Positions 62,431-64,000 of a stretch of DNA of 64,000 nucleotides are shown here, one piece after another (within the stretch, counting starts at the first letter, position 1; every line of letters begins with the position of its first letter). The stretch spans positions 92,134,001-92,198,000 of the forward strand of contig NW_024704743.1 of NCBI RefSeq assembly GCF_018977255.1, read 5' to 3'. The notes under the pieces were generated by a model. It ran no database searches and had not been told where the DNA came from. It saw only the letters and a list, made by a program, of their open reading frames with translations. The position numbers and the translations under genes are program-made. The stretch comes from Callorhinchus milii. Taxonomy: Eukaryota.

Positions 62431-62960
62431 GGCACTGGTCTCCGGAGCTCGAGTGCTGATACTTGGGACCGTTTAACGGCCCCTCCGCGCTCGGACTTGT
62501 GGGAGGTGAAACATCCTCTCGCGCAGGCGCAGTGCGAGCGCGGAGAGGAAGGCGCCAAAATGTCATAATGAACAGCGAGCGAGACGCCGCGTCCAATCAC
62601 GGTGCGCGAGACGCCGCGTCCAATCACAGTGCCCGAGACGCCGCGTCCAATCACGGTGCGCGAAACGCCGCGTCCAATCACGGTGCGCGAGACGCCGCGT
62701 CCAATCACGATGCTCGAGACGCCGCGTCCAATCACGGTGCCCGAGACGCCGCGTCCAATCACAGTGCCCGAGACGCCGCGTCCAATCACGGTGCGCGAAA
62801 CGCCGCGTCCAATCACGGTGCGCGAGACGCCGCGTCCAATCACGATGCTCGAGACGCCGCGTCCAATCACGGTGCCCGAGACGCCGCGTCCAATCACAGT
62901 GCCCGAGACGCCGCGTCCAATCACGGTGTCCGAGACACACCGTCCAATCACAGTCGGAGA
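62430..62960 (-). promoter_or_regulatory. CpG-rich RTTN promoter region: NRF1-like GCGCAGGCGCA (62521), E2F-like TTTTGGCGCC (- strand, 62551-62560), CCAAT array
   Basis: High CpG density ~0.7-1.2 kb upstream of the ATG; motifs read directly; TSS position is inferred. Confidence 0.7.
62581..62958. repeat. 27-bp minisatellite, 14 copies (GAGACGCCGCGTCCAATCACGGTGC(C/G)C), each with CCAAT
   Basis: Units counted directly; variant pattern repeats every 5 units (135 bp). Confidence 0.97.
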
Positions 62961-63029
62961 GGAAGGCTTCCAGGCGGACTTGAACAAGTCTGAGGAGAAG
63001 TGCATTCACTGTGCAATTATAATAATATA

Positions 63030-63905
63030 CTAATAATCCTTACATTTGATATAGCGCTTTTCACGTCTCAAAACGCTTCACAGAATATACTACAAAGTGA
63101 ATTGAAGGCCCTGAACAGACAGAGTTATGGGCCCGAGCTGAGGGTGGAGGGCAGGGGAGAAGCAGGGAGATCGAAAGCACGGTCAAAGAGGAGGACCTTC
63201 GGGTGGGTCCTGATGGTGGCGAGTGAGGGAGCGAGATGGAGGGACTAGGGGATGGAGTTCAAGAGGTTGTGCAGAGCGGCGGAAGGTCCTCCCACCGATA
63301 GTGGGGCGAGCAGGGTGGGGGACGTGAAGCAGGCCGGAGCCCGCTGAGCAGAGGGAGAGAACAAGGTGATGGGGGTTAGGAGGTCGGAGAGGTAGGGGGT
63401 GCAAGACCATGGATCTTGATCTGATCTTGAACTGTATCCTCTGTGATGGGAAGCCAGTGGAGTTGGGCAAGGATGGGGGTGATAAGGTCGTGGAGCCTGG
63501 TGTGAGTGAGGACATGGGCTGCAGAGTTCTGGATGATCTGCAGCCTGTGGAGGGAGGAGTTGGGGAGACCGACAAGCAATGAGTTTGCCTAGTCGAGCCT
63601 CAATGTAATGAACGGTTCTCTTCAACCGTGCCTTCAGCTCCCCTCTCGACTCTCTACCCCCTTCTCGCTCCCTCCCTTCCCTCCCCTCCCCCTGACCATT
63701 TCCCCCCTGCTCGGGTCCCGACTCAAGTGCCTTGGGACGTCCTCCCGACGTGAAAGGCGCTTTATAAATGCAATCTTGTTGTTGAAGGCATGTATAAGGG
63801 TTTCAGCGGCCTGCAGTGTGAGACAGTGTCGGAGCCCGGCGACATTGCGGAGGTGGGGGAAGGCAGAGCGGGTCATGGCACAGATGTGGGGTAGAAAGGA
63901 TAGTT
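63030..63905 (-). mobile_element. L2 fragment (-) with a SINE tail (63030-63105) and a nested + strand L2 3' end (63610-63783)
   Basis: [21 protein letters not shown]...LHWLP on - strand; opposite-strand tail insertion. Confidence 0.85.
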
Positions 63906-64000
63906 GAGGCTCATGGATTGAGTGAAATTCCTTATGTGTTTCCTAAAGTTGGAAGGCATTGCTAGGGTAACAAAATATGCAGAAGAATGCAGAAATGCAG

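Noticed and set aside
62581..62958. CRISPR-like appearance of the 27-bp array
   Set aside because: Units are head-to-tail with no unique spacers, no cas genes, and the context is a vertebrate gene.
61749..63033. Pro-rich and Gly-rich ORFs and ETPRPITV/VIGRGVS repeat ORFs
   Set aside because: Translations of the G-rich tract and the 27-bp (multiple of 3) array; no evidence of coding function.

Overview
Vertebrate genomic DNA, probably a cartilaginous fish (inferred from the L2/CR1 LINE and tRNA-SINE landscape). The window is dominated by one complete multi-exon gene on the minus strand, rotatin (RTTN). I traced 49 coding exons by hand from the ATG at 61725 to the TAA at 6365, about 2248 aa, collinear with human rotatin as I recall it. 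The gene has one GC-AG intron (after exon 19), a 1-nt phase mismatch between exons 41 and 42 (probably an assembly indel), and two decayed partial exon copies inside introns. Its 5' end is unusual: a 14 x 27-bp CpG-rich minisatellite with a CCAAT box in every unit, next to E2F-like and NRF1-like sites, then a G-rich tandem tract and a ~1.1-kb hairpin-unit minisatellite flanking the first coding exon. A second CpG-rich promoter and a candidate first exon of an unidentified minus-strand gene lie at ~4.5-5.0 kb. Introns carry many tRNA-derived SINEs sharing a 3' tail with L2 LINEs, plus L2/CR1 fragments and small inverted-repeat elements. I found no evidence of a wholly new multi-gene system; the best novelty candidate is the repeat-built RTTN promoter. 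All homology statements come from recognition and memory, not from database searches.
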